Shown here piece after piece: positions 38,901-52,900 of a DNA stretch of 64,000 bases. The translations under genes and the position numbers were made by a program. Source of the DNA: Marsupella aquatica (lineage: Eukaryota > Plantae > Marchantiophyta). The stretch covers positions 932,751-996,750 of the forward strand of contig OZ316898.1 in the NCBI GenBank assembly GCA_973895155.1, written 5' to 3'. Numbering within the stretch: the first letter of the stretch is position 1; each line of letters starts with the position of its first letter. The notes beneath the pieces were generated by a model that did no database searches, had not been told where the DNA came from, and saw only the letters and a list, made by a program, of their open reading frames with translations.

Positions 38901-41522
38901 AAAAAACCTCTCAAGACCTGTCCAGGATGTACACTAGATTGAAACACGTACGTTGATGGACTGGTAGTCCAAGCTCTCGTTGTGGTACACCCAGCCGATA
39001 AAGATTGCCAGAGCGATGTACATAATCAGCCGCACCCAGTAGTAACTCCAGTCGCGCCTCATGTTCACGAACGACCGCCTTGTGAGAATGTAGAGTTGCA
39101 TGAGAAAACTGGACTGGCTGCCTTTGCCTTTGGACATCTCCTCGCTCACCAGGTTCTGGCAATTGATATATCCACCTCCATATATTAAAGGTACAGGAAT
39201 TCATCATCTGACTTCATTCTTCTTCTTTATAATTGCTATTACTTTCGGAAACAAATATGTTGGTCCTGACTTCTCCTTATAATGGAGAGCATTCATTCGA
39301 ATGAAAGATTGTGACTGAAAATCTTTACGGACATAAACACGGAATTAGTTTGATCAAGAGGACCTTCACCTTACAAGTCTACTAGAGTGTGTAATCAAAA
39401 ACTTCGAGGGATATATCTGTACCAGTACCTTTAGCTTGTCGATGAATTTGGCAGTGCTAAGAGCCTGCTCCGATGTCTGGTAGTCGTTGATGAGTTTCTC
39501 AACCACATCTTTGATTTCCCTCTCTTCCAGTGGATCCACAGCCTGCCCTTTCAGAGCCTCTTCATCGTATTCAGTGATCCTCAACTTTTCTTTCCTTGCC
39601 TTTCGTATTGAAATGCCGTTTCTCCTCACGTTGTCGAAGTCCTTATTGATGCAGCGAAGGTAATGATCCGACGGATTCCGCAGCGGTGGACACGGATAAC
39701 CCGCGTTTGCGAAGAACTGCAGTCCATTAATCCCGAGAACCATGACTCGTAAGTTTGCCGGCCAATTGTCAGCACAAGTGCGAACTTATTTTGTACATCA
39801 GTTTATGATCCTCGATTAAGTCCTTATTTTTATATTCCCTCGTTTGAAATCGGCAATGTTATCATATTTCGGATTCTCAACACATAATTCTTAATCTCCT
39901 TATTCATAGACATTTCCACTTGTGTTATTCCTTAAGAGAACTTCAAAATAATCTCCAAATACGATACAATTTCAAACATCACGAAATTCACTCTGTCCCG
40001 ACCCTTCGCAAAATATCTCGATGGGTTGCTGTCCATAAATTTGTTAACATCGAAATGATTGTACAGAGCATGTATGCATATAATAATACCTCGGGCGAGT
40101 TAGCCAGTTTCCCAAAATACACTGTGCGGCCGCTGGACAGCAGCAGAAGGTCCTGGAAGAGTTGGAAAACCTCAGAGCTGGGCTGATGCACAACAGAGAT
40201 GATTGTGTGTCCGTCTCTCGCCAAATCTTTCAGCCTCTGAATGACAAAATACGCAGCAGCACTGCACAAACATACAAGTCCACAGCTAGACCTAAGAATG
40301 ACTTCACACGAATTCAATCATTGTTGGTCGACACATGATTAGTATGCGCGAAGAATGATTTCTGGACATGGCCCACTTCAGTTTGCTTTAGTGACTAGTA
40401 CCTGTCTAGGCCGCTGGTCGGCTCGTCCAGAAAGATCACGTTGGGCCGAGTGAGAATCTCTACAGCGATGCTGAGGCGTCTCTTCTCGCCACCGCTCAGT
40501 CCCTTCACACCCCAGCTGCCAACCCGAGTGTCTCTCGCATCATTAAGACCCATTTCCAATATCGCCAGCTCGACCTTCTCTTGCTTCTCAGAATGCGGCA
40601 TGCTATCTGGAAACCTCAGAGAGGCCGAATACCAGATGGTCTCGAACACCGACAGGGTCCCGATCAGAGTGTCGTCCTGCGTCACGTATGCTGCCTGGCA
40701 GATCACTCACAGCTGAAAATTAGCGAACTCTGACATTCAGGACTGCAAGGGTCCTCTTTGCTCTTTATCGTGAATTCAGCTCCGTGAAGGTAGACGGTTA
40801 GATTACTGAAATGTATTGGGGCTTGGAATTTAGAAACAATCTTGTTACAAGCAATACAAACAGAAACAGTCACTTACCGTCTGGCCAAATGTCAGTTCCT
40901 CTTCCCGTCCATTGACCAGAATCTGCCCAGTTTGAACAGCATTCTTCACGTGTCTACCTGAATTAGGATTGTGCCAAATCAGCTATTAGCACTACGTCCA
41001 ATGGTGGATGGCAATACGATATAACGATGGACTTTAAGGCTGGCGAATTCCAGTCATAGAAACAAGGGCATTCATTGTGGGCTGATCAAGATCTGTTTAG
41101 TCAACACGGATAATTATCTAGAAGCTGAAACGAAAAGAAATTTTAAAATCAGTCATGTATATAGAGGGTCTTCAGCTCCATCTTGAGCAAAAAGAATTGC
41201 GGCAGGCATGCAGCAGTTTACCTGCAAGCGTCTCCAGTAGTGTGGTTTTTCCACATCCTGAAGGTCCCATGATGGCCAGGAGGCGGCCCGGCTCTGCGTG
41301 CCCCGTAAGACCGTCCAGCACAACATGCTGACCGCCATTCACCGAGACTGTCAAGTCCTTCCACGCCAAGCGCACCGGTTTGCAAAAGGGAACACCCCAG
41401 GCCGCACACTGAGGTTCTTCAATTCCGCAGGACCCCGCGTGGGACATCGTCTCATCCGAGGTTTCTGACAATGCAAATGGCCCGGAAAGGCCACGGACAG
41501 TAGGACTCGCTTGGACTTCCAT
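35909..41522 (-). CDS. ABCG11: ABC transporter G family half-size (WBC), ABCG11-like, ~684 aa
   Basis: Exons 41522-41222, 40957-40878, 40694-40402, 40261-40090, 39716-39429, 39155-38952, 38628-38542, 37231-36959, 36493-36386 and 36157-35909; Walker A GPSGCGKT, signature LSGGEKRR, Walker [45 protein letters not shown]. Exact orthology not tested. Confidence 0.92.
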
Positions 41523-41901
41523 TCGATCTGTACAATCAACTGATCATCAACATGGTTTGCAGTGTTACCAGATCAATGCGCACTGAGAGAAGGTACATCA
41601 AATCATGTCAACACTTCTTGCGAGCCGACACTAGATTACAAAGTCTACGAGCATTCTAAGTTTCACGAGTCAATGTCTTTAATGCCGATCCAGATAAAAT
41701 GCATGCATTCTACCAAGCTAAGTTACGTCTTTGCAAATGGAAAGTTCTGAAGGGCATGTATATAAGGACCACAGTTATATGTATGTTACTAATAATATAT
41801 AAGGCGCGATGCAAATCTAGAGTGAAGCGTCTGGACGGGTAACTCTAACTAAGGACAAACTTATGTACACTGACTCTAAATAAAGACAAACTAAAAGTGA
41901 A

Positions 41902-42052
41902 AGTGAACAAAAAACAGGGATTGGGCAGATGAACGGGAAATAGAATTTTTCTGAACAAGAAACAGGGATGGGGCACAGATGAACGGGAAATAGAATTTTT
42001 TTGAACAAGAAACAGAGATGGGGCAAAGATGAACAGGAAATAGAAATTTTTT
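41902..42052. repeat. ~50-bp tandem repeat x3 upstream of the ABCG start codon
   Basis: tgaacaa(g/a)aaacag(g/a)gatNgggc...agatgaac(g/a)ggaaatagaa...ttttt x3. Confidence 0.92.
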
Positions 42053-45000
42053 GCAAGATTGTTTTTTGGCTGCATCTCTATTTACGGTTCAAGGAACGTG
42101 TAGTCAGGGCTAGTAGGAAATTAATAGCTGCAGCGGGAGAGTTCACTCAGTACGTACCTAGCAACACCCGACATCAATTTTGACGTTGGTACCGAGGAAA
42201 AAGTGCCCAAACTACGCTCAAATGATATCTGTTACATCTCGCATTCTACAGCTCTGGATTGATTCGGCTGTCTGGCTTCAAACGCTCATGATTGTCGAAG
42301 TCCCACACGGCACTAGTTATCTTCGCCCGCTCTTACTAGCTACATGCCAAATGTGTGAGCATGTTCACTTGGGATACTCGATCACATACTCTCTCCCGAA
42401 TTTTATGTCACTTTTAAGCTGATCGTCGTTGCATACTGTTGCTAGTACATCGAGGAAACTAATTATCCTACTTCTATCCGCGAGCCCCTACGGACACTAA
42501 GTGAGAAGTCTGTAGTGGAACCTGTACTTTTTCACATCTGTCAAAAAGGCAAACTGAATCAGCCGATTTTTGCTGGTAGCAGCGGTCAGGATCAATCGAA
42601 GAAAAAATCGACGGTAGTGGTTGGAGTGTCCCCATCGCGAGGAAGTGCCGAAAAGAGATCGATCGAAAAGATCAGACACCACAAGATGTGCCTCTTAACT
42701 ATTTGCTCTCAGAACTCTATCAACTTTGAACTTGAGATTTTTGTTGGTCTGGAGAGCCTATAGGAAAGACAAAGGTGTCTTGCGTTGGGTTGGATGATTT
42801 CTGCCACTCAAAATTTATCCTAAAAAGACAAAATTGAATTTAAATTTAGAAAGGCACTAATCGAATGACTATCCACCAGTAGTCTCCAGTAATGTACTTA
42901 ACATTACAACCATGTACATACCTGAAAATACTATGCATTCAGGCTAACTATCCATCATCAAACATAGCCTATTTTGATCGGTAATATTTGGTGCAATTAG
43001 AATTTTGACATGTTTGTAGACTACACTATCTTGTTCTCGTGTACTGCGCAGGCTCTCAGTGTCGTCTCTCTGGTCCAAGTTTTTATCTCCATATATTGAA
43101 CTTTCTGACGACAAGCTTTTGCAAGGTCTCAGATATATACAACTCCTATGGTAACCTTGATGCCAAACGAGCGTCTCTGAACTGTGAATAATTGCCTTGA
43201 AACACAAACAGCCCAATCACAAACCCGGAAATGAGAAGCATTCCATGAAGTTCATAGAGTTGAGTAATGATCAGAGATTCTATATCTCATCGCTAGGAAA
43301 TTTCAAGGTTTCAGTTAAAACGCTATTCCACGGGCTGCTCAAAGTCCCGGAGGCCAAAGAAAGATAGTTTTACCCAGATCTCGTGTCTTCGGTTTTGGTA
43401 GCAGATACACAAGTTGATTGTGAATTTGTTCTGCTCAGTACTCCAACCATGTGTTCTGTTCTCTGGTCTTTCAGCGGCACCTTCTGGACATCTACCTAGT
43501 ACTCATTCGTAACAATTATCTCTTTAATGAAATCCCAACTCAGTACGTGGTGCAAGAGTTTCATTAACAACACGAGGCTATGCAGGTAACAAAAGCGAAG
43601 TGCCATCGTAGCAGGCCTCGAAGTCCGGATCTTCCAACCGAGGCGCGATTTGTGCAGAATAGATTGTTTTCAAATGTTTGGTTGGTCCTAGATCAATCAT
43701 GAACTTATTACAATATCGCTTAGGGTTTTCTTGATCGTCTACTCTAGAAATCCAAACTGACATCAGACACATAGATTTCTTGACATTCTCCTCTAAGCCA
43801 AGATTTTCCTTGGTGTATCAGGACTCTTTTGATGGACACTAACTTGCAGTATGCAGACTTGCGAGAATTGAAGAGTAGTTTCAGAAATAGATTGATATTT
43901 GTCTCGAAGGGCACGGCACGGAGTCCAATCGGTGCAATTACTTTTAGGGCAAAAGGCAAAAAGCAGCCCCTGTCCCAAACGATAGCAACGTATAGTAGAG
44001 ACGCTCGAGCAACAGATCATGATCGGGCCGAATGACATATCCTCGATTCATTCAATTTCGGTTCACATGCAAATCTCAAGAAGGCAAAGGAGATGATCGG
44101 TAATATACTGCATGATCTGCTAATGAGTTCCGGTGACTCGCTGGAATTTGACCCAACATTACTAAGACATTGCAAATCTCACGTCAATGCGAACAAGGTC
44201 ATACGCCAAAGCCGCAGAGTGCCGTGCCAGGACTGCAATTGGCTCAATTGGCTTGAATCATTCATGACTCAAACTTCATGAAGAACAAAGGAACATAATT
44301 ATACCCGATATATATCCACTCCCACTGGAACGCTAGCCACGCGGGATCCTGATCAATATCCGAATGGCTTAGGCCCTCACGCTAACTGTGCCCTTAATTA
44401 TGAATATTTCAATTCTCCACGACTGGAAGTCGACGTGGGGCCGTGATCTGAATTCGTTGCAACTGCGTCATGAAGTGCGCAAGCTTACAAATCTCTCGGA
44501 CAATGATATCATTCACCGTTTGCATCTTGTCTCGACCACACAAATAGAGTGGTCTATCGCATTTCGTGACGCAGCCAAATCACGCACCAGCCGGCTGATT
44601 GACCAAATTTCTCCATGACAGTCGATATGTGCTCATTAAATAGTCCGCCCATACTTGCCGTCCATCATTACACTGTCTCGTGTAGCTATATCCCCCCCCC
44701 CCCCCCCTTTTTCTTGGACCTCTTTAATTTTCTTTGGATCACTTTTTCTTGCCTTTCATTGTACTTTGGTTTTTCTGGGGGTATATAAACTTTGGTGACT
44801 TGTTTCTTCTTTTTATGGTCCTGAAAGAACCAAGTGACTTTCATTCAAAAAGCCAGCAGACAAGAGGGGTGGCCCACAAAAAGGGGTAGAACCAGGGGTA
44901 GCTACTTTTCAATTACAATCTGATAAAACTTAGTGGTCAGTCTCTTACCTAGTATGTGCAATGGGAAAGTTTTGGGTCCGGAGGAAATCCAAGTCAAGTC

Positions 45001-45398
45001 TCACTTGCAACCCTGTATGAGACCACACAGCAAATTGTGTCCATGGGTTGAGGTCTGGTCCGTCTAGGGTCCCTCGGTATTGACCCCCTTGTGACTACCT
45101 TACAGAGGCACATGCTCCAAAGTAGATTGTCTATCCTTTGATGGGTGTACTCTTGGGTTTGAAGGCAAAAGAAAGGATCATGTGTCCATGATGGTGACTC
45201 GCCAAAAGGATCTATTTACTTATCCTACCAGCAACTTCTTCCTGAAATTCTTAATGAAAGAACTAGAGATATTAAAAGTACCAAGGAATGGATCCAGATG
45301 TCCGTGTGCCCCCGTTTGACCATCAAGCCTTACTATCAAGTCCTTAATATGTATATACATCACATTGCCAAAAGATCCAAATGTGTCAAAAGTAATAA

Positions 45399-45750
45399 AC
45401 TGGTATAGGTCAGTTGGTCAGGGGATTAGCCTACAACAGAGAGGTCCCTCCTTCGATCCCCCTCCATGTCACCTGCAAGAGGTGTGAAGTTAGAGACTTA
45501 ATCATCAACCCTTAGGTGGTCTGTTTTGAAGCCCTGGTTAAACCCTCTCTCCCTTCTGGTCTGGGTCCCTCTTGACGTACTACTAGGTGTGACCCCATTG
45601 TGTCCGCTTTTGGGGCCCTGGTTTAATTAACCCTCTCTCCCTCGTGGTCTGGTCCCTGTCAGGGTCCCTGTCAAATCCATACTTAGGTCCCCTTGTGGCT
45701 ACCCTACAGAGGGGCACATGTTTGGAGTAGACAAGACAACCAAAAAAACC
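45399..45750 (+). mobile_element. tRNA-derived SINE candidate
   Basis: A-box-like TAGGTCAGTTGG (45406-45417) and B-box-like CCTTCGATCCC (45450-45460) at tRNA spacing; A-rich tail; 3' body also present diverged at ~45050-45130. Confidence 0.55.
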
Positions 45751-45871
45751 TAAAATATCAAACAGGGAGACAGGATCTGGACTAAACTACAGGAGTCAGA
45801 CCCAAAGTGAATACAGGAAGTCAGACCAAGAGCCAAAATGCCCCAGATTCTATCAACTTGAAAAGGAACTA

Positions 45872-46473
45872 CACTCTTCACCCAATTAGTCTTGTATAAT
45901 ACTATTTGTGTAGACTAAAATTTTTGGGCTTACTCTTCAATTAACATTACTAATTTTAATTACGTACTAATGTCACTAATACTGTAACTATGCATTAAGT
46001 AACATTAGAATAATACTAATTCTGGTTTTTGCATATTAGCACTATTTGGCGAGACAAGGTAATACTAATTCAAGAGTAAACTAAGATAAAATTGGCATTG
46101 CTCTGTCACCTCAAACAGGTAGGGACGAGAGTGTGTCTCATGCATGAATGATCCAAGATCACTAGAAATAAAAAGTTACTGCTAGGACTAGACTAACTTG
46201 CTAAACAATGTTAGAGCAAACGGCTTTCATTGGGGCCAGATAGAGAAAAAATGGCTTTCATGCAAGAAGATGGGGTCAGATAGAGACAAATTTGAGTTGC
46301 TCTACTGTAGATCAACGAACTCCAAGTCAACCCTACATATTCTTAGCCCAAAAATCCACCACATATTGCATGTTATTTTCTATTCAAACCTGTCCCACTC
46401 TTAAATTAGGATTACCAACATTAGTTACGGACTAACACTAATCCCAATATAAGAGCAATTATGGAGAACAGTG
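45872..46473. mobile_element. ~600-bp TA-flanked MITE (Tc1/mariner-like)
   Basis: TA|cactcttcacccaattagtcttgtata ... tataagagcaattatggagaacagtg|TA, imperfect ~28-bp TIRs; repeated ACTAAT motifs near both ends. Confidence 0.65.
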
Positions 46474-47235
46474 TAAATCCCTTCTAGCAGCAAACTGGAA
46501 GTGACTGAGTTTGAGCAACTTGGATTAAAGCTTTGGGATTGACTAGGACTTGGCAGTCACCAAAGCTCTGTGGTAAGTTTGGGGTCTGATGGTCTATTGT
46601 ATCGTCATTAAGTAACATAACCTTCACCTGTTCTATTGGGTCTCTTGCATTTGGGATCCTAAAGACATTTAATGCTTCCGCCAAACCCATTTAAATGGCC
46701 CTATATTTTGTCGCACTTGATATGTCACTTCCATGGAAGTGACCCCCCAGGGTCCATCCTGGCTTCACGTTCCAAGGTAAACTTAGGTCCAATGTTGTTT
46801 CTAGTGGTGAAAATTTGCCAATTTCCACCTCCCCACAAATCTTTAGTCACTTTTTGACAAAATTTGGCTTGTAGTTTTCTGTCTCATTACCAGTGTCCCA
46901 CCTAATCTCCCACCTCATCACAGGCTCCATTAGCCAGTCAGAATTTAACAGTGATCCTTATATCTAGCTACTAGGGAGATCTTACAGTCAAGAAAATAAT
47001 CAGATAAGGAGTTTATTGCGCATCTTCTCCTTCACACATTGGACATTCGCCACGTACTGGCAAAAAAGTAAAAGCCTTTAAAAATACGCTCCTTAGGACC
47101 CAATGGAGGAATTGCTTTTGCTATAAAAGAAGGGTCTTAAACCACAGCCACCCCTATAAAGGACTAAGGGTTACCAGTAGCTTTTCATTGTAAAGTGTAA
47201 AGGTTCAGGAATGGGCTTTGATCTCCACAAAAAGT

Positions 47236-48083
47236 GGTGAGTGCAAAATCATTTATTTGCAAGTGCTCCACAAAAGACCTTTTATGGTGAGTAAAATGGT
47301 GAGTGCAAAAACTGTTATTGGCAAGTGCTCCACAAAAGACTTTATTTTAACCTCGTGAATTACATTAAAAAACTCTAAGCCAACATACAACAGGGGTGGC
47401 ACACAAAAGGGGGTAGGCACCCAGGAGTACCAAAGGTCATGCAGCCAAAAAACTGGGTGAGCCGGAAACCAGTAGACTCCACTACTAAAGGAAGCTAAAC
47501 TAGAAATTTAACCACCAGAGAGGAGAGGCAAAACTACCTTTTATGGTGAGTACTGAGACATGGAATTGAGAGGCATGGAATTGGAGAGGCAAAACTACCT
47601 TTTATGGTGAATACTGAGACATGGAATTGAGAGGCATGGAATTGGAGAGGCAAAACTACCTTTTATGGTGAGTAGTGAGACATGAAATGGGAGTTTTCCC
47701 ATTTTATAGTGGTTTGCTTTTGCTAGTCCATCACATGGCAAGATGCACCGCCCGAGCCGCATCTATCCTCTGTTGGATGGGCCTGCTTTCGGTTTTTCAA
47801 GGCAAAAAAAAGATGCACCGCCTGAGCCGCATGCCTTAATTTGCGGTGAGTTCATCGAAGGTCGGAAGGTCTTGCACCTCCAATGTCATGCCCGTCAGAC
47901 TAGCTGCGTCATTCTCTGTTGGACGATAGCTCGAGCATTGCATGGCGGATTACTTCCTCCAAACTGCAGTGACATCACTGTCTCCTCTCCAACCCACACT
48001 AGCTTCAATGTTCCACAGTCTCCTCTCCAACCCACACTAATTTCAATGTTCCACAGTCTCCTCTCCAATCCACACTAGCTTCA
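47236..48083. repeat. Cluster of tandem repeats
   Basis: 61-bp x2 (47236-47343), 61-bp x2.7 (47522-47690), 22-bp direct repeat (47740-47832) and 37-bp x3 (47981-48083). Confidence 0.88.
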
Positions 48084-49953
48084 GGTTTTTCTCCTCTGCA
48101 AGCAACACTGGATTCCGCGCTTATGTCCTCTGCAAGCCACACTAGCTGCCGTGTTCTTCTCCTCTGAAGCAAGCTGATGATCGACATGCAAGTATTGTCC
48201 GTCACTCTGTAAGTCGAAGAATTGTTTTCAATTCTCCAACTGCAAATGGTTATCCTTCAATGAGGTTGTCATCTCTCTCTGTATTCGTTCTTTGCCGGAG
48301 TAGTAGGTTTCTACAGTATCTCTTATTCCCTACAAGACGTCACCGATCTGTCCACATGCGGACAGATCTCGAATCCCCAAGATCTGTGTAAGTCTCGACC
48401 CGCAAATGTCAACAGTTGTTTTAGTCTCGTCACCTTAATTTGAAGCAAGTTATCGCCCCAGCCGAAAAATAATCTTCTACGGGACACCTCTGGATGACGT
48501 GGATGCGAAGCTCAAAATTATGTTGACGTGCTCGAGCTCACAAAATATGAATGGGCCGGTATTGATTATTTTGAGTAAACTCCTACTGATGGGGCATATC
48601 CACATCAAATTCGTCAACGAATTGATTTCCGAAATAATAGAGCTTTTTAACGTTAGAACTGAAGATCCGCTTTCCTGACTCTGAGGGATCTCTCTGTTTT
48701 CCCCTGTAATTTTGGACTACTGCTTAACCACTGCACTCGCAAAGTATGCTCGTCAAAACACTAGTCTTAGATTCTAATTTTTTGTTTATTACCCACAAAA
48801 GTTTTTCGCCTGTTAAGTCCCCTGAACTGAAATTTCTAGCGCAATTGAATGGTAGAATTCACTGACTGGTGTATCCAACTTTTGGCGCTGGAGTATTATC
48901 TCGACCTAAATGAGAGTGTGAGTTGCCTTTTGTTAGTCTGATAGCATTGCACGTATTTTGTCTTGACCTTTAAGCAATTTGCTAGTCTCATACACACTCG
49001 TCCAACGAGGCTAGAATTCTATCAAATTGGGATGTATAGACATCTCGCATGGTAAGAATGCTGTGCACTTTATATGATGGTGATCATCCTTAACTGGTCT
49101 ATAAGCAGCTTTGGCAAAGCAAGGTATCTGTCAATCTGGGACAATTGGATACCACAAATCTGTGATAAGTATTCAAGTCTGGTGGGTCTGTCAATTTAAA
49201 TTGTACGGGTTTCAGACTCAGTTGTCTCTAATCTGGCCCCATCTTCTTGCATCAGGTTCATTGGGCTAAAAAACATTTTCCGGTCTACAAAAGATGCAAG
49301 TAATATGGCACTATCCTTCTTGCATCAGGATCTTTGGGGTTATGGTTCTTTTTTGTTTGTACAGGAGAAAATTCCAAGAGTCTTCTGCATATGAATGTGA
49401 TGCAATCACACACGAGTGCAAAAGATATGTACGAAAGCCTGAGCTTATTGTAGCCTGTTGATACATTCATAAAGATTCAGAAAGCATTACCCGAAATTCT
49501 GAACAGGAGAATGCCGCACATTGATCCAACATGGAGAATGCAACTGAAGGTAAGCCCGAAATCTACCAAAAGTATGAATTTGCAAGGAACTGAACATGAT
49601 CATAAGTACAGAGTAAATGTTATGCTGGAACTCAGATGGCCTTTGAGACATCAACGAAATGCCCATGAATTGAAGGGCAAATCGTAAGTGGTATGACATA
49701 ATAACGCACCGGTATGCTTTCTTTGACATTAGAGTCTCTGATGTAGACTTTCAGGATGTATTGAATGTTCCAAGGGGCGCTTCACAAAATAATCTGTTTG
49801 AATATATTGTGCGTATGCATGACAATTTGTCAGCGAAAGCGTGCATGTAATGAATGAAATCTTACGCAGTGAACCATTAGGCTAGCATTGAAAACGTGAT
49901 GTCTATCATCGAAGATGGATCTTATTAGAGGTGATTGAGCTAATTCAAATTCT

Positions 49954-52900
49954 CTAATATCTAGGAATAATCTTCAGGGCACTATTGACTATCTCCATCG
50001 CGTCATTTGCATTTCGACCTCTGTAAAGATCTGCTGCATGCGCCAAGTGCTGACGAGCCAAAACAAACAACTGGCCATAGATAAAAGCAAGGCCGAGCAC
50101 AAGGCATGCCTCTGCCACACTAACATCTCTTTCTCCTGATGTAGCAGCTCTATAACTCGATATCTCCTGCAAACGGAGAGCAATCTACAGACTTAATGAT
50201 GAAGTCTTGCAGCTGTGAGTTTAGGGTTTATCGATTTCCATCGGCCCAGTACTTGGCCATGGAATTAGCAAATTAATACGAGTTTGCAAGTCAGGTAAAT
50301 TCCATACCTAGTAAGCCAGACCTTTCACTCGTACCATGAATAGAGATGATACGCAAATGCACAAAATTGAAGAGCTAGCCAGTAAGCTATACTTTAAAAT
50401 CTATTGCTATAATTACTCGATCTCAAGTGAAAAGTGAGTTTTGGATGTTTGGCTAAACTTAACGAATTAGAATTCAGGACTATTGTGATGCTTTATACGA
50501 ATTTAATCTAGAGAATCTGAGACTGAAAATAGATAGGAAGTTCTAGAAAGGCTAGATCGTGATGGCAAAGTGAAATCAGAGATCAAGACCTTAAAATTAT
50601 ATCAAAAATCATATATGCACTAGCAAGCTGAAGAGCCAGAGGAATGCCACAAAACACCTGCAGCATATCTGTGACTTCTTTGAAGTACATTGTATTCATC
50701 TGAGACTTGAAATCCAATTTTGCCTCGTCCAAGCCAGGGAACTGTGGCTTCCCCCATGGTGTCATACGAACATACGGTATGTCCAGCACAACTTCTTTCA
50801 GTCCGATGAGCCACATCTCCACTACTACATCACTGCACCTACGGCTCTTTTGAACTTCGTCCTGTTTTCACGTCATTCCCCAGTTAAAGCCACAACAACA
50901 TTCATGAGATTGTCAGCCTAATAAGTCAGTCGATCTCATCAGAGTAAGCTTTTCCGTGCACCCCAGGAATTGAGACTCAAGACTTATGTCGCATATTATT
51001 CAGCAAGATGCCTTCTAGGGGGAGGCCTTTACGCCCTAGCATGGTGATTTCTTCTTCTAGACTTGGCTTTCTTAGTGCTTTTGTGATACAGGCTTCTCAC
51101 TTCTGACTTAAATTTCTCTTCTTCATACTTTCTATCAAGTAATTCCAGTGCTTGGACCAAAACTGCAAAATCAAACAATGAGCCATCCAAGATTCTCCAG
51201 CGTCCTAAAAGAGCAAACAGTCCAGAAATCATTTCATTATGTTTCCATTGAGACCTTAGAATGGTAATGAACCATACGCTTTAAGTAAAATCCAAGATAA
51301 TTCATTTCATACCTGAATGTATTCGCGAGACATTTGGAATTTGGAGAAAAGAAATTGCTATGGCATTCACGTTCTGATTATGAATCTCGAGTGGGAGGGC
51401 CATCCAAGGCGGGGAACATTGAAAACTGTCTCAAGCTGAAGATCACTACAACGATAGCTTCACTTTTGTATAGGTCACTGTCTTACTTGTACTTGAAAAA
51501 CTCGTGACAAGCTATAGATTCCCAAGCTGTTGCGCAAATCCATATGCCCATACTGCCGAGATGTGTAAAAAATACTTTCTCCATATGCTTTCAAAGACAT
51601 ATCATATCTTTTCTGCAACCACAAATGGCACGATGACACTTTCTTTGACAGATCCACATATTTTGAGTGCAACTAATTACAACTTTAGTACGTCTAAGGC
51701 GAATGTTGCATTGTCAAGCCTACTCGGCCTGAAAAACTGTAAATATTAAGAACATCTGTATGGGCTACGTTTCTTGCAAGGTCACTTCTAATTCTTAATC
51801 ATCTCAAAAGAGAAATTCCAGATTGACCCCACACTTCTGCTCAAAAAAAGTTTTCCAAAGGGCAAAATTTGGGGTGTGTGGAAGAATTACTTTTGTGTAT
51901 AGCAAGCCAATGGGGCATGTGATGTTTATCTATTGTCTTCCAGAGATGAAACTTTCCCTTCAACATTAGTGCCCCCAAGGCAGCCCATTCAAATAAAGAA
52001 AAAAAATCTACAAGTCACAAACCCCTTTAATTATAGTTTTGTGTTTAGCTTGAGGTGGGTCCAGCTTGCAGTTGCAGATGGGTTCAGGGTTTAATGCCCC
52101 CACCCAACCACCAAAACTAAGTTTTGGCATTTAAGGACATCTGAGACATCATTTTCTTGGTGTTTTGGGGGCTCTGCATCAGGGAGTCCAGTGATTTTAC
52201 CCAACAAAGAAATAAGCAAACAAACAAAATAGCTATATTGGGATTCTGTCCATTAAATCGGAACAATTTCATGATTTCATGATTAAACAACGGCAAGCTG
52301 GCTGGTAACAAAACCTTTGTTCAAGGTTGTTGGTAGCAACTAGGGTGCTAAGCATAAATGTGATGTGGGGACCTCAAGAAAATAAAGTCTCCCAAGGAGG
52401 CGTGTAATCTCAGCACATATTCGACTTTTATTGGTTTGTGAATCATCCTCTACAAGTAACCATGCTCCTACTCCCAACATATCCTCACTTTGGACAGTGC
52501 GTCCCAGCCCAAGATTAGCCTGCAACAACACACCATATATGTTCGTGAATTGATCATTGAAGGGAGCATCAGCAGGCATTGTTTTCTTGAACTTCTTGAG
52601 TAATACAAGTAATTGGTATAGTCTGGATTCAGTGGAGTTCTCCTAAAATTTGAATACAGTCAGGACTGTCTTGTTATAGTAACAAAATTGAATGACTTTT
52701 TGCATTTCTCCAGTGAGCACAAAAACTGAAATGACTCTTAGATGCATTGCTCTCTGCCTTTAGACACAATCCTAGTTCCGGTCAATCATGCAATTAACAT
52801 CAGGCAATACATGTGAACCTAGGTTGAAACTTTTCTTTCAATTTGTAACTTAATAATTATAAAGAGCTGGAATGAAGCTTGACAAAAATGCCCCATACTT

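Noticed and set aside
45399-45470. tRNA gene
   Set aside because: A/B boxes are degenerate, no acceptor stem could be formed, and the sequence continues into a repeated body with an A-rich tail; treated as a SINE
47522-47690. CRISPR-like regularly spaced repeats (also 11170, 41902, 62078)
   Set aside because: Eukaryotic context, no cas genes, and the units are mostly whole tandem copies without unique spacers
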